Shown here one piece after another: positions 52,386 to 64,000 of a stretch of DNA of 64,000 nucleotides. The DNA is taken from assembly GCF_006345805.1 (NCBI RefSeq), contig NC_042999.1, positions 66,464,001-66,528,000 on the forward strand. Direction: 5' to 3'. The notes under the pieces are model-generated. The model was not told the origin of the DNA, did not search any database, and saw only the letters and a list, made by a program, of their open reading frames with translations. The DNA comes from Octopus sinensis (Eukaryota). Position 1 is the first letter of the stretch, and every line of letters begins with the position of its first letter. The translations under genes and the position numbers were made by a program.

Positions 52386-53149
52386 AATAGATGCATACAT
52401 GGTGAATCTAAAGCTAAACTCATTTTCGTCTCTTTGTCTATCACTTAAGTGACATTTCCTTATCACTGACGCAACTAGACGAGCAGCACCATGAAATGTA
52501 AAGCCAAAACTATGCCTGCACTCTGGGTTTCCATGGCTGATTAAAGGTTTTCCATGCTTCCTTGTTTTTCCTTATCTTTCATTGAATAATTTCAGTGATC
52601 CATTTTGAATTTTCTTTGGAAACATCATTCAGATGCATTACGTTTGATCAGTCACATAACTCAAACAACTAAAAGAATAACGTAAAAGAAAGTGGAGTGG
52701 GGTATGAGTTTTGTGTAGATATCACGTTTCCAAATTAATGATGTATTTGAATTAACAAAGAAATACATACGTCAAAATAACACAGTTAATCAGGCTAAGC
52801 AACACTTAATATATATTTTATAATTATCATTATTTGCATCAATGTTGCAAATTGATTCGATCAAGCAGATATTAGCCCTATAGCCATAAACATCTATTGT
52901 ATTACAGTGGCTCTTTAAATGTCATTTTGTTTTTCGGGATCTTTTCCCAGACGATAGATAATTGCATAAGTAGGAATATCTTGTTATTGTCTGATTGACA
53001 AAGTAGAAGGCGTCAATCTTCAGAAATACTTCAATTACTAAGGATATATAAAAAAAATATACTGATACAAACGAAGGGACCACAATGCAAATGAGAATAC
53101 ATGTGAGCTACGAGACCAATATTCGTTTTTCCACTCGTACATCACGAAG

Positions 53150-53775
53150 GAATTCCCTAGACTTAACCAAAACCACACAGATTGTGGCGACACAGTTGGG
53201 TACCGAATGTGCTGCATTGGAAACTGTGCAAAAAATGGCGGCTAGAGAGAGACGCTGGACGTGGTGTGTGCACAAATTGCGAAAAGTGGGGGAGTCGGAG
53301 ACTAGCAAAATCTTCTGGGATTCCCAATCCAAACAGATCAGGTGTTAGAGCATAACAGACCGGACCTGGTGGTGATCGACAAGATGCACCACATGTGCTA
53401 TATAGTTAATGTTGCGTGCCTCTTTGACCAACGGTTAGTCAAGAAGGAAGGCGAAAAAATAGATAGCTACAAAACTCATAAGTAAGAAATAGCCCGGCTA
53501 TGGAAAATGAAGAAGGTGAAGATAGTGTCAATTATTGTTGGGTCCTTGGGGACATTATCAGACGGCATCAAGGGGTATATTTTTAAAAAATGGTGAGTGC
53601 CCAATAGAACTGTTTCAAAAGGTTTGCCTCCTTGTCACGGCCACAATAATCATGAAAGTATTAACTAGTTGAAAAGAATAGATAGCATGAAACCGTAGGG
53701 TGCAAGCACCAAGCCTGGTGCGCATTCAAGGCTCCAGGAGTTCCAATGAAACTTGACGTGAGAAGAGAGAAGTAA
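53150..53775 (+). mobile_element. R4/Dong 3' fragment of a distinct subfamily, with TAA tail
   Basis: KIFWD.PIQTDQVLEHNRPDLVVID..YIVNVAC..IARLWKMKKVKIVSIIVGSLG; followed by (TAA)n at 53778. Confidence 0.8.
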
Positions 53776-53798
53776 AAATAATAATAATAATAATGATG

Positions 53799-53856
<58 letters not shown>

Positions 53857-53864
53857 TAATAATG

Positions 53865-53916
<52 letters not shown>

Positions 53917-53920
<4 letters not shown>

Positions 53921-54228
53921 ATACAAAGACCTGGAAATAGAGGTAACTAGAATGTGGAATCTGAAAACAGAAACAATTCCTATCATAGTAGGTGCATTAG
54001 GCATGATAAAAAAATATTCAGACAAATACATAACAAAAACACCAGGACTTACAAACACATATAACATACAGAAAATTGCACTACTAGGCACTGCACACAT
54101 CCTACGCAGAGCACTTTCCATACAATAACCATCAGAGCATCACAACAAATCACAGCACATACCCAAGGCACACAGAGCTGCGCTCGGTAGTGAAGTGAAA
54201 GCACGCTATAAAAATAAAAATAAAACTA

Positions 54229-54231
<3 letters not shown>
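53917..54231 (+). mobile_element. 5'-truncated R4/Dong 3' end inside (TAA)n
   Basis: KYKDLEIEVTRMWNLKTETIPIIVGALG..QKIALLGTAHILRRALSIQ*; TAA on both sides. Confidence 0.9.
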
Positions 54232-54272
<41 letters not shown>

Positions 54273-54316
54273 TGATGATGATGATCATCATCATTATTAT
54301 CATTATTATTATCACT

Positions 54317-54827
54317 GAGTGAGAGAGCAGTGCTTGCCATCAAAGTGACACTGGGGTAAAATATACGAAGCCCAGTATACCCATCATGACTACCCGTCTG
54401 ATAAGGGAACACTAGGCACATGCATCACAACCATATGTGCGCGACATGGTGATCTCATATCAAAATAAACAGCACATGACCTTGCAGGTGGGGCCCAGTT
54501 AGAATTTTCTTCAGGTCGAGTAATCCATCCCACTCGAAAGGTCCCTGAATAAGGGTTGTTTAAGGATGTTGAACGAAACACCCATGTTTCCAGAGGTGAA
54601 TTATTGAAACCCCAAAGAATCCCTCTCAACACATGGCTATGATGCTCCCCCACTACTTCTGCTCGTGATCAGAGATGCACATATCGTCAGCCACTAAGGG
54701 ACATGCTCAACTGGTTAAAGTCAAACAACTGACAAGCAAATCTGTGGTATTGAGCCATGAGAGCCACTGCCTGGTACTGCTTGGTATCAGAAGCCATGAG
54801 AGCCACTGCCTGGTACTGCATCAGGGC

Positions 54828-54829
<2 letters not shown>
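54317..54829 (-). mobile_element. non-coding ~510-bp element bounded by TAA-type arrays
   Basis: No RT/RLE similarity seen; minus strand reads (aat)n-atgccctgatgc...ctctcactc-then degenerate TAA/TGA; 28-bp internal duplication at 54752 and 54793. Confidence 0.55.
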
Positions 54830-54861
<32 letters not shown>

Positions 54862-54880
54862 GTCCTTCCCTTTCTACCTC

Positions 54881-55215
54881 AATATTCGAAAATGTAAACA
54901 AACTTTTTATTTTAAGAACACTACAGATTTCCCTCTTCGGACATACAAACGATCTTCTTTAGAAAATTTAAAATCCTTTAATATCTACAATTTTCTGTGA
55001 TAACTTTACTATTCTTTTCTTTCCTTTCACCCTGATTATTCGACAATGTAAACATAACATGCTTTTTATTGCAAGAACACTACAGTTTTCTCTCTGCGGG
55101 CATACAAACGATCAACTTTACAAAATTTAATATTTCAATATCTACAATTTTCATTGAACACTTTACCCTTCTTTTCTCTGTGACTACACGAAAATGTAAA
55201 CATATCTTTTGTTGC
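54881..55215. repeat. diverged ~155-bp tandem repeat, ~2.2 copies
   Basis: cga.aatgtaaaca at ~54882, ~55043 and ~55190; aagaacactacag..tt.c.ctct.cgg.catacaaacgatc occurs twice. Confidence 0.75.
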
Positions 55216-55744
55216 AACAAATTAAGCGCACGATAAATATTAAGGAGATAAGCACCTGCCAATATATGCAAACTTCAAAGTCACGAAAGCTCTAAACCAT
55301 AGCAAAGCCTCTAGAATGAAAAGGAAAATTCAAAATAACCAAAAATTCAAAAGTTCAACGATGTAAACATCAGTATAAATATACTATTATTTTTCTATCA
55401 GTAATTAAAAACAGAACAAGGTGAATTGCTTCTTTCCAAGGCGAAGGTCAGTTCTCTCATTGATCGTTAGTAGTTGTAAACACATTTTACCTCTGCTGGC
55501 TGCAAAGGTGTGACGCTTCTTTTGTCCTCTGATCGCACAGGAATGCGAAGTGCTATTTTTGATCTCCTTCCCACGATCTACCGAACCTATTTACAGACTT
55601 GTGAAAATTGGTCTATTCATCAAGCTGCTTCTCTTTCTCCTGCTATCTCCTCCAACCCTCACATATTTATGATTGTCTCAAGTACAAGACAAAAGTGGAA
55701 ACTACACAACATTTAATAATCCCACACAGTAGTAAGAGCAAAGA

Positions 55745-55915
55745 TGGCATCTCAAGATGGTTACAATACCAGTGATTGTAGGTGCACTTGGAATGATAAA
55801 AAAATAGGGACTAAAAATTATTTAAGAATGATCCCTGGATTATCATCAATGCAGGAAGTACGAATGCTTGTATTAACTGATACGTCACACGTATTGAGAT
55901 GAACGTTGTCACTAT
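55745..55915 (+). mobile_element. R4/Dong C-terminal fragment (paralogous piece at 51135-51215)
   Basis: RWHLKMVTIPVIVGALGMIKK..YLRMIPGL..LVLTDTSHVLR. Confidence 0.7.
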
Positions 55916-56020
55916 GAATTTTCTTTCCTTTTTGTCCTTTCTTTTTTTTTGTTTACATTTATATTTCTTACATTTTATTTCTATCCTTCTCCCCCTTTTT
56001 TCTATTACATGACTTTGTAA

Positions 56021-56233
56021 ATGAAGTGGCAGATACGAAGATTGTGGTCAATGAAGGGAGTAGACGTGATACCAATAGTAATTGGTGCATATGGAAGTAT
56101 CAGCACTCAACTACCAACGTGGCTGAAAAAGATCGGTGCAAGTGTGAAGGTAGAACACCTACAAAAATCAGCATTGCTTGGAACTGCAAGAATTTTTCAC
56201 AGGGTTCTTGAAGCATCGCCAGTAAACAAGTAA
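56021..56233 (+). mobile_element. R4/Dong C-terminal fragment of another subfamily
   Basis: IRRLWSMKGVDVIPIVIGAYG..HLQKSALLGTARIF. Confidence 0.75.
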
Positions 56234-56945
56234 AATAAACTGAGAGTTTTCTTCACATGATAATAAGGATAATAATCCATGGATGGAATTTGTAAATATG
56301 TGAAATATTTTACTACGCATGGCATATTTTTATTGTCAATGTTATTATTACTATATATATATATATACATATACACACACACAGAGGTATTCAAAACCCG
56401 ATTTCATTTCGCTATATCTTAATAAGGAAAAGTAATAGAAAACTCCAGCTAAGTCACAAGTATTTACTCACAATCAACGTTTATTTCCTGTCTTCAATGT
56501 AGCTACCGCCTCCAGCAAGGACAACATTAGTTCGATAAGAAAATTAGTTTATTTTCTTTTCTCTCTTTTTTTGGAACTGTAGTGCAGCATTTTGCTGTAT
56601 TAGTGTTTGTATTGTGCGTTGTGAGTGTAATGCGTTGGGTAATCGGTTTACTGGTGGTAGTTTATTTCATTGTATATTTGCTATACACATGTATCTTGGG
56701 TTCGTGGATTATTTTGTTTAGATTGTATCATTGAATTGATAATGTTTTGCGTAGAATGTGGGCTGTTCCTAGCATGGCTATTTTTGGATAGTGTCTGCGT
56801 CTTAAATTTTCAACCTTTCACCCTTTCACCCTTTCATCCTTTCACCCTTTAGGGGTCTATGAAATAAGTACCAATTACACATTGGGGTCGATATAATCGA
56901 CTAGACCCTCTCCTAAAATTTCAGGCTTTGTATTTTTAGTAGAAT

Positions 56946-56989
<44 letters not shown>

Positions 56990-57889
56990 GATGGTGGTGC
57001 TGGTGGTGGTGATGATGAGGGTGTTTGTGGTGGTGATGGTCGAAGTGGTGGTGTTATCGTTATTGCCTCTCATCTGTAAAAACAACTATGTATGTTGTCA
57101 TTTTAATGCAAGGAGCACATACGCGTGATTATAATTGAATGCGATATACTTAAAACTTTGCATTATAAAATTATAAAGCGAATTCTCGGATGGAACAAAT
57201 TACACGCTCAAACACTACATTGGTTTCTCTATATGCAATCAATTAGATATTTACTTTTAATCTAATTACTTCCACAGCGTTATCTATAATTAATCAATTA
57301 ATTAATTAGATAATTATTCTATCAGAGTTTAGGATTTTCAGAATGCTGTCGACTTCAAGCTACCAAACATTCACAAGTATATATATACCAGTGTTTCAAC
57401 ACGTGACGAAAAAGCATTCAAACTATTTTAGTTATACGTATTCGGGATTTTGAAAACAACTTGTTCTTTTCGCCATGTTTGACTTTAATTATAAATTGAC
57501 AGTTGCGGTGTTCTGTTCTGATACGAGCGATTAATCCTTTATGTTAAATGATCAAAGAGTCTGACAAAATATATTTTACTAATTTCATTCACCATCAGGA
57601 TGGTCGATCGATCTAAGCTGTCAAGTACAAGGTGCAATGCATATCTTAATCAGAATTTAGAGTTTTCTAGCTCACGAATTTTCGGTGTTAGACTGACACG
57701 TGATTTTAATAACAGTCTCGCAGCAAAGTCACAGCCTATAGATGAAACCAATGAAAAAATGACAGTAACAGAGTCAATTTGACAGAGTCGTTACTGCGTT
57801 TCTTGGAATGCATAGAGATTTTTGTTCCGACTCATACGCTCTAATTTCACGTCCAGCTCAGTCAAATTGGCCTGTAATCATTGTAGGTT

Positions 57890-58060
57890 CAAGAAAATAT
57901 AGGAGACGCCCTTCGGTCGTGAATGACCATGGGGTTGCACCTAGAAAGTTACCCTCCGAGGCACAAGTCCGGGCAAGGTTGTTTATGGAAGGCCAGCAGT
58001 CGCCCATGCATACCAGCCTCTCCTCTTCACACCACTCATATTATCCAAGGGAATGACATT
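57890..58060 (-). repeat. dispersed repeat, copy 2 of 29900-30090
   Basis: Shared sequence blocks. Confidence 0.6.
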
Positions 58061-58236
58061 AATATAGGTGAACAATTTAGTGGAACTGTTTAAGGGCAAA
58101 AAGTTCCGACTCCTTGCTTTCTGGTAGCAACGCTTGTAACAACATTGTTGCCGTGATGCATCTTTCTGTCTCTGTATCTATCTATCTATCGATGAATTTA
58201 TCTACATATTTATCTGTCCATCCGTACATGATTATC

Positions 58237-58349
<113 letters not shown>

Positions 58350-58597
58350 ATATATATATGGATGTATATAGATAGATAGATAGATGTGTTGGTGTGCGTG
58401 TGTGTGTGGGTGTGCGTGTGTGTGTGGGTGTGCGTGTGTGTGTGGGTGTGTGTGTGTGTGTGTGTCATTTAAGTTTGTTTACGGGAAACGTTTTTGAATA
58501 ATCATATAAATGCTCCTATTTTATTACGCCAGCTACAGTTTAATAATACCAACTGACAGTAACAGTCTAGGGCGGTTGCTGATATAATGTAGGATAC

Positions 58598-58644
<47 letters not shown>

Positions 58645-58662
58645 TAATAATAATAATGATAA

Positions 58663-58740
58663 TTGATGAAGGCTGGATGGTATATCAGTCGAAAAGTTGT
58701 GTTAACAAACAAGATCAGGACAAATATCAGCATACAATAT
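58663..58740 (+). mobile_element. 5'-truncated member of the 16468-16647 family, beginning exactly at a hammerhead core
   Basis: TTGATGA a ggctg gatggtatat cagtc GAAA ag T T, then gtgttaacaaacaagat.aggacaaatatc. Confidence 0.65.
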
Positions 58741-60249
58741 TTGTTGATCGCTACCCAAGTATAATTACTCACACATGATTTAAAATAGAAATATCCATTG
58801 TTAATAAGTCGGGTTGCTCGAAGAATATTAAAAATAGGTAATGTAAGTTACCAGCATATAATATCTTTCAATCCATATTCAAAAGTAAATACTCACATCG
58901 GATTTAAATGTGAAATATCAAGTTTTAATAATGCGAGTTGTTCCAAAAATATCAATATATGTATTGAAAGTTTATCAAAATCTAACATTTTCTAATCCTT
59001 ATCCAAGTAGAAATAGTCGCATCGGATTTAAATATGAAATATCGAGCTTACGCTAACTATTTTTATTAGGTCCATTCCACGAACAATTATTTGAATAACT
59101 CGAACATATGTTGCGTGAATATTAAAAAAATTAGAATTTATAAATTATATCGTATAAATTGAAAGATATCCGTCAGGGTATATTACATAAAGGATCGAAT
59201 AAATGTATGAATTATATCAATGTAGTAAGAGCTTCCGGCGGGCGGGCGTCCGTATGAAGACCTTTCGTTACATAGAGACCTTACTGTTTCTTTTTCTTCT
59301 AAAAATTACAAAAGTTGCGTGTAACATCGAATTTTAAGTTTTACCTTATAGTAATTCCAGTTCTTCACTGCAGGGATTGCAGGGGCTTAGCGCCGACCCT
59401 GCTGTAAACAAATTTATGCTTTAGGGTTAAAATTAAGGTTAGTATTTCGCGAATATGATGTTATTGTAAATATTTACCATATTTTTATCCAGACACATTT
59501 ATGTTTATCAGCAACCAACCCTTGTGTGAACGTGTTGGTGTAAAGTACTTCTTGCATAGCTTGCTGGCAATTCATTGGATTAATCCCAACAAAATACTAC
59601 AAGTTTAGTCACTGGCTCAGCACCTATGTTTGTGTTCTTCATTCCAAAATAATAAAGACTTCAATATACTTACAAAATTGAACTTCGGCCATGTGTATCC
59701 GCGTGCGTATGTGCGCAAGGTGTCTATGTCTGGGGGGAGGGATAAGTGCGCAAGAGAAACATTTATGGAAATGTACTCATAAAATTCTATTAATATAAGA
59801 TATCTTTCTATGCTACGTTTGCAATTCTTCATATAAATGATAGTAAAGTGTGTATCAAATGAAATTAAAAACCTGGTTCAGAAACAGATCGATCAAGTTA
59901 GTAATGTTTTAACCTTTTTGGTAACAACATATTCTCTCCTCTAATTAAATATTGAAAAAGAGGAAAAAATGCCACCCTCTATTTTTGCAAGAGAAATTAA
60001 TTTTGGCTGTAAGGATTAAACCTCTTGTTTCATCATCACAATTAAACGGTGTTTATCTTTACTTTTAAAAATAAGAGGTGGGGTCGTAGACGTATAACGA
60101 AGAATTATTCAATATCGTGTTTGCTTCTATCAGAATCTTTTACCATTATAGCGAAAAAACAAAACCGATGTATATAACGGGTATGTAAAAGATATTTCTG
60201 TTTACTTTGTCTGTTCATTGTAGAAATTGTTATGCGCGCGCGCACACAA

Positions 60250-60770
60250 ACACGGAAATTTTCCAGATATTTAGCTGTTATTTTTAGCAGTTCATTTCCA
60301 GTTTTAGGCAACGAGATTGGGTGTCGAGGGGTTTGTGGATCAATTTTGGAGCTCTTCATAGATAATTTGAAATTATTTTTTCCCATATTCATAATCTCCG
60401 TGTTTTTCCACGTAGACTGAAAAAAAATTGAAGAAAAGTTTATAATCTAAAATTTGTGAGGTGGGGGAATTCAAAATCTTGAAACCATGTTTTTTTGCAT
60501 ATTCGGAATATCCGTCATCGAAAACAGAAATCAGCTGAAAAAAAGAATCGGAAAGGTCGTATGGGAGGCGCCACAGCCCCACCCCTATATGGGCAAGGCA
60601 CAAAATGTGACACCCCCCCAGAACTTCTCCTCCACCCAACCCCTAATGAAAAACCTACATGCCAAATTTGATACAGATTGATCCAGCAGTTTGGCCGTGC
60701 ATAGCGGAGACAGACACACGCACGGAAGGGAATTTTATAGAAACACACACACACACATTCTTAAGAGATA
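60250..60770 (+). mobile_element. possible non-autonomous Helitron-like element
   Basis: catgccaaatttgatacagattgatccagcagtttggccgtg...acagacacac...ttttatag resembles Helitron-N 3' ends. Confidence 0.35.
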
Positions 60771-60958
60771 AGATTGTGCAGTGTCCGTTTGATTGGAAAA
60801 TTTCTATAAGTGACTGAAGATTGCTCCAATTTTTTAAACTGATGTAATACTTACAGTGTTTAATAAAATGAAGTAGCATGAAACAATTGTACCACTCTAC
60901 CTCGGATATACTTGTTGCCTATTTTGATTATTCATATATATATATATACACACACATC

Positions 60959-61244
60959 CAGGGTTGGCAAAAAGTCATCCGACAGCAGTAAATCAAAATT
61001 CCATAAATACTTAATATTCAATTTTATTTATTCATTCCAATTATGAATGTTGAATAATTAAATGCTGTTCGTTAAAATCACTGTATTTTTGCTATGTCTT
61101 TTTTTTTTTTTTCAACATTTGTCTATTTATTAGCGAAGTCTCATATATAATTAGCGAAGTCTCATTCATTCAGTTGTTAATCATATATAAATCTTGGAAT
61201 TAAATGGTTTTGATCTACCGGCAATTGACTTTTGACCAACCCTG
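60959..61244. mobile_element. Tc1/mariner-type MITE
   Basis: TIR CAGGGTTGGCAAAAAGTCA versus CAGGGTTGGTCAAAAGTCA (17/19); TA on the right flank. Confidence 0.8.
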
Positions 61245-63589
61245 TATATGCATATAGTAAGAAATATATGTTACTGGATTATACTTCCAGAGAGACTGAA
61301 CTCAGTAGATTTGGGTAAGAATTTTATTGAGGATATTGGTGTATTCCCTGCCGGATAGAATCAGACAGGTATTCACGGTGAGGCGTTGAGGGTTAATATA
61401 TCAGTAACATATCGTGTGTGGTGTATGTGTCTGCTTATTTTTATATTCGAGTCTACACGTGTTTTATTGTGAAACTCAGTGCTTCTATTTTATGCGTTGT
61501 TCTTCGTATCAGTCTGTACGTGTCGGTTTGCCTGAATGCGTGTGCAAGTAAACTCGTTCATGGGTGTTTGAATGAAAGGGGAGAAATTATGAATCCAAAG
61601 AACTGGATATACTTGAGGGTCTTTACGGAACAAAACACAGGAATGGTGTGTGTGTGTGGATATATATGTATTTGTGTTTGTGTGTGTGTGGATATATATA
61701 TGTGTGTGTGTATCTATATTTGCAGTTTCCTGGAGACAATCAAAACTAAAGGAAGTCAAGTAAAATAGGTTATCCTACTTGATATGGAAAAGTATTGCAG
61801 GGAAGTAGTTTTACATAAAATAGTTTGTAACGTTTATATCTAGCCTTTTGGTCCGTTTGCCAACAAGTAAACAGAAAGCAAAGACGAAGAAACACATAGA
61901 AATTTAATACGGGGAGCGTAATGATGCGGAAGTTAATATCTCTTTACATAGGTCTACCAAGTGAAACAGAGATAAAACCCACATTTATTATAAAAGAATG
62001 ACTGAATTTTATGATAAATATCTCAAATGAAGATTTCTCGAAAGCATGAACAAAACAAGAATAGAATATAAAGAACTTACAGTGCCTTCAAGTGTTCTTC
62101 ATAACGATATATAGTTGGACGTTTTCAGCTTCAGAATTGAATCATAAATAAAAGCTGTTACCATAAATATTGGTTTTCGGATTCAAAGTTGCAATATTGG
62201 TAACTGATGGAATATCATATTTCTTACAAATGGCTTTAGAAAATAATAATAAATGGTTGATTCTTCTTTTCTTTATTGCTATTTATTTCAGTTGTATTTA
62301 TTTTTATTTTTATTTATATGATCATTTATATTTCTTTAATTATTTATCAAAAATTGACTTGGAAACAAGAAAGCATTTTGTGTCAGTTCTATACTTACTT
62401 AGAGTATTAAGAACTGAAATAACGGTTTTAATTATGAGGCGTATGCGTTGAAGTTAGTGTGGTGTTGTTGAAGGTATAGCAACTGTGCTTATGATGCAGT
62501 CAAAACTATTTATCTGAGAATTTGTAATATAAATCATCAGGAGAGAGAGAGAGGAGAGAGGTGGGAGAGATAGAAAGACCAATAAGACAAACAAACACAC
62601 ACAGAAGAGAAAATTAATATTGTGTTACACAATATATTGTACTTCGAAAACCTATTGTATATCATCTTAGAGAATTGATGTTACTTCGTTTGTCACTTCT
62701 CTCTAAGCTAAAATATATTTATTTCTATTTTCCTCTATTCATCTACATTAGATGCATTAATGCCTGAGTGGCTCAGAATTTTGTTTCGTAACCAGCTAGA
62801 ATTTAGATCGATCCCAATGCGCAGCACCATCCACAAGAAAGTGGGCGGATCGTTTTCAAAACAGAAAAATATTCGGCAACAGGTTTTGTGCGTGTGTTTT
62901 CTATCTAGGCATACATGTGTTCACATTTATACACAAGTCTACATTTAAACACGCACGCATATACACGCATATGGCTGTCCAAGAATTTGGACCTGGAGAT
63001 CTCCATTTCCAGCGACTTCGAGGGCCACCTCCCAGTGGCGTCGGGCATCAACGAAGAGCCCTCGACTACAACAAGACGACCAACGTTTTTTTTTTCCAAG
63101 GTCTGGGGTCTCCCGCCCCTAAGACCTAGACCATCACCTAATCACCCTTACCTGTCTTGTTGCTTAACAACAACAACTACTACATGCATATTTGCATACA
63201 TACAAAAGGGTAAAAAAAAAACCTCCTTTGTTACGAATGACCATGAGATATCACCTAGATAGTACCACCTCCGAGGCAGATGTCCGGACAAGAAAAATGG
63301 AAAACTCAATGCAAATTTGCCTTGTTTTAGCATTTAAATGATGCTATGATGATGACTAATGTAGCATACCAACATTCCCTTTGATCGGATCACTATTCCG
63401 TCGCAGGGTTACCCATTGACAGCTAAGTGGACAGAGGCAATGTGAAATTAAATATTTTGTTGAAGAGTAAAAGGCGCAGCTGGTCTGAGAGCAGGATACA
63501 CCTAATTACTATACCACACACACACACAAAGAAATACATAGACACACAAACGAACAAACATATGCACACGTGTGTATATGTAGATAGAT

Positions 63590-63847
<258 letters not shown>

Positions 63848-64000
63848 ATTTATTTAGTGGCCACACAGGGCTGCACACCGATGGGACAAATTACAAGGTA
63901 GAGCTTTTCTTTTGGGGAATGAAAAAACAAAAAAACAAAAATCAAAAGAAACAAAAAAAAAATGTGGCGTAGGTTTTCGATCAAAAGGGATCGTAAAAGG

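Noticed and set aside
57890-58060. HDV-like ribozyme attempt (gggcga/ttgccc-gg)
   Set aside because: P1 and GG are present, but P2, P3 and J4/2 could not be assembled consistently.

Overview
AT-rich eukaryotic, almost entirely repetitive DNA, most likely intronic or intergenic sequence from an octopus (judged from recognisable tRNA-derived SINE families and extreme TA/TG/TAA/GAT microsatellite density). No host gene can be called with confidence, and most entries in the ORF track are microsatellite artefacts. Supported content: one near-full-length R4/Dong-clade non-LTR retrotransposon (45837-49861; RT, CCHC knuckle and restriction-like endonuclease, frameshifted) sitting in (TAA)n; about ten fragments of other R4/Dong subfamilies, one associated with (ATAC)n; three tRNA-SINE head families with modular tails; and RTE, mariner, pogo/Tigger, MITE and Helitron-like remnants. 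The most striking unexplained signal is a set of short non-coding elements, several of them microsatellite-embedded and fold-back. From at least 8 sequence-unrelated families they carry minimal type I hammerhead ribozyme motifs, mostly with palindromic stem III. Their catalytic cores co-vary at the 3-8 tertiary pair (C3-G8, G3-C8, U3-A8). The architecture suggests non-autonomous Penelope-like or retrozyme elements. All folds were done by eye and none has been tested.
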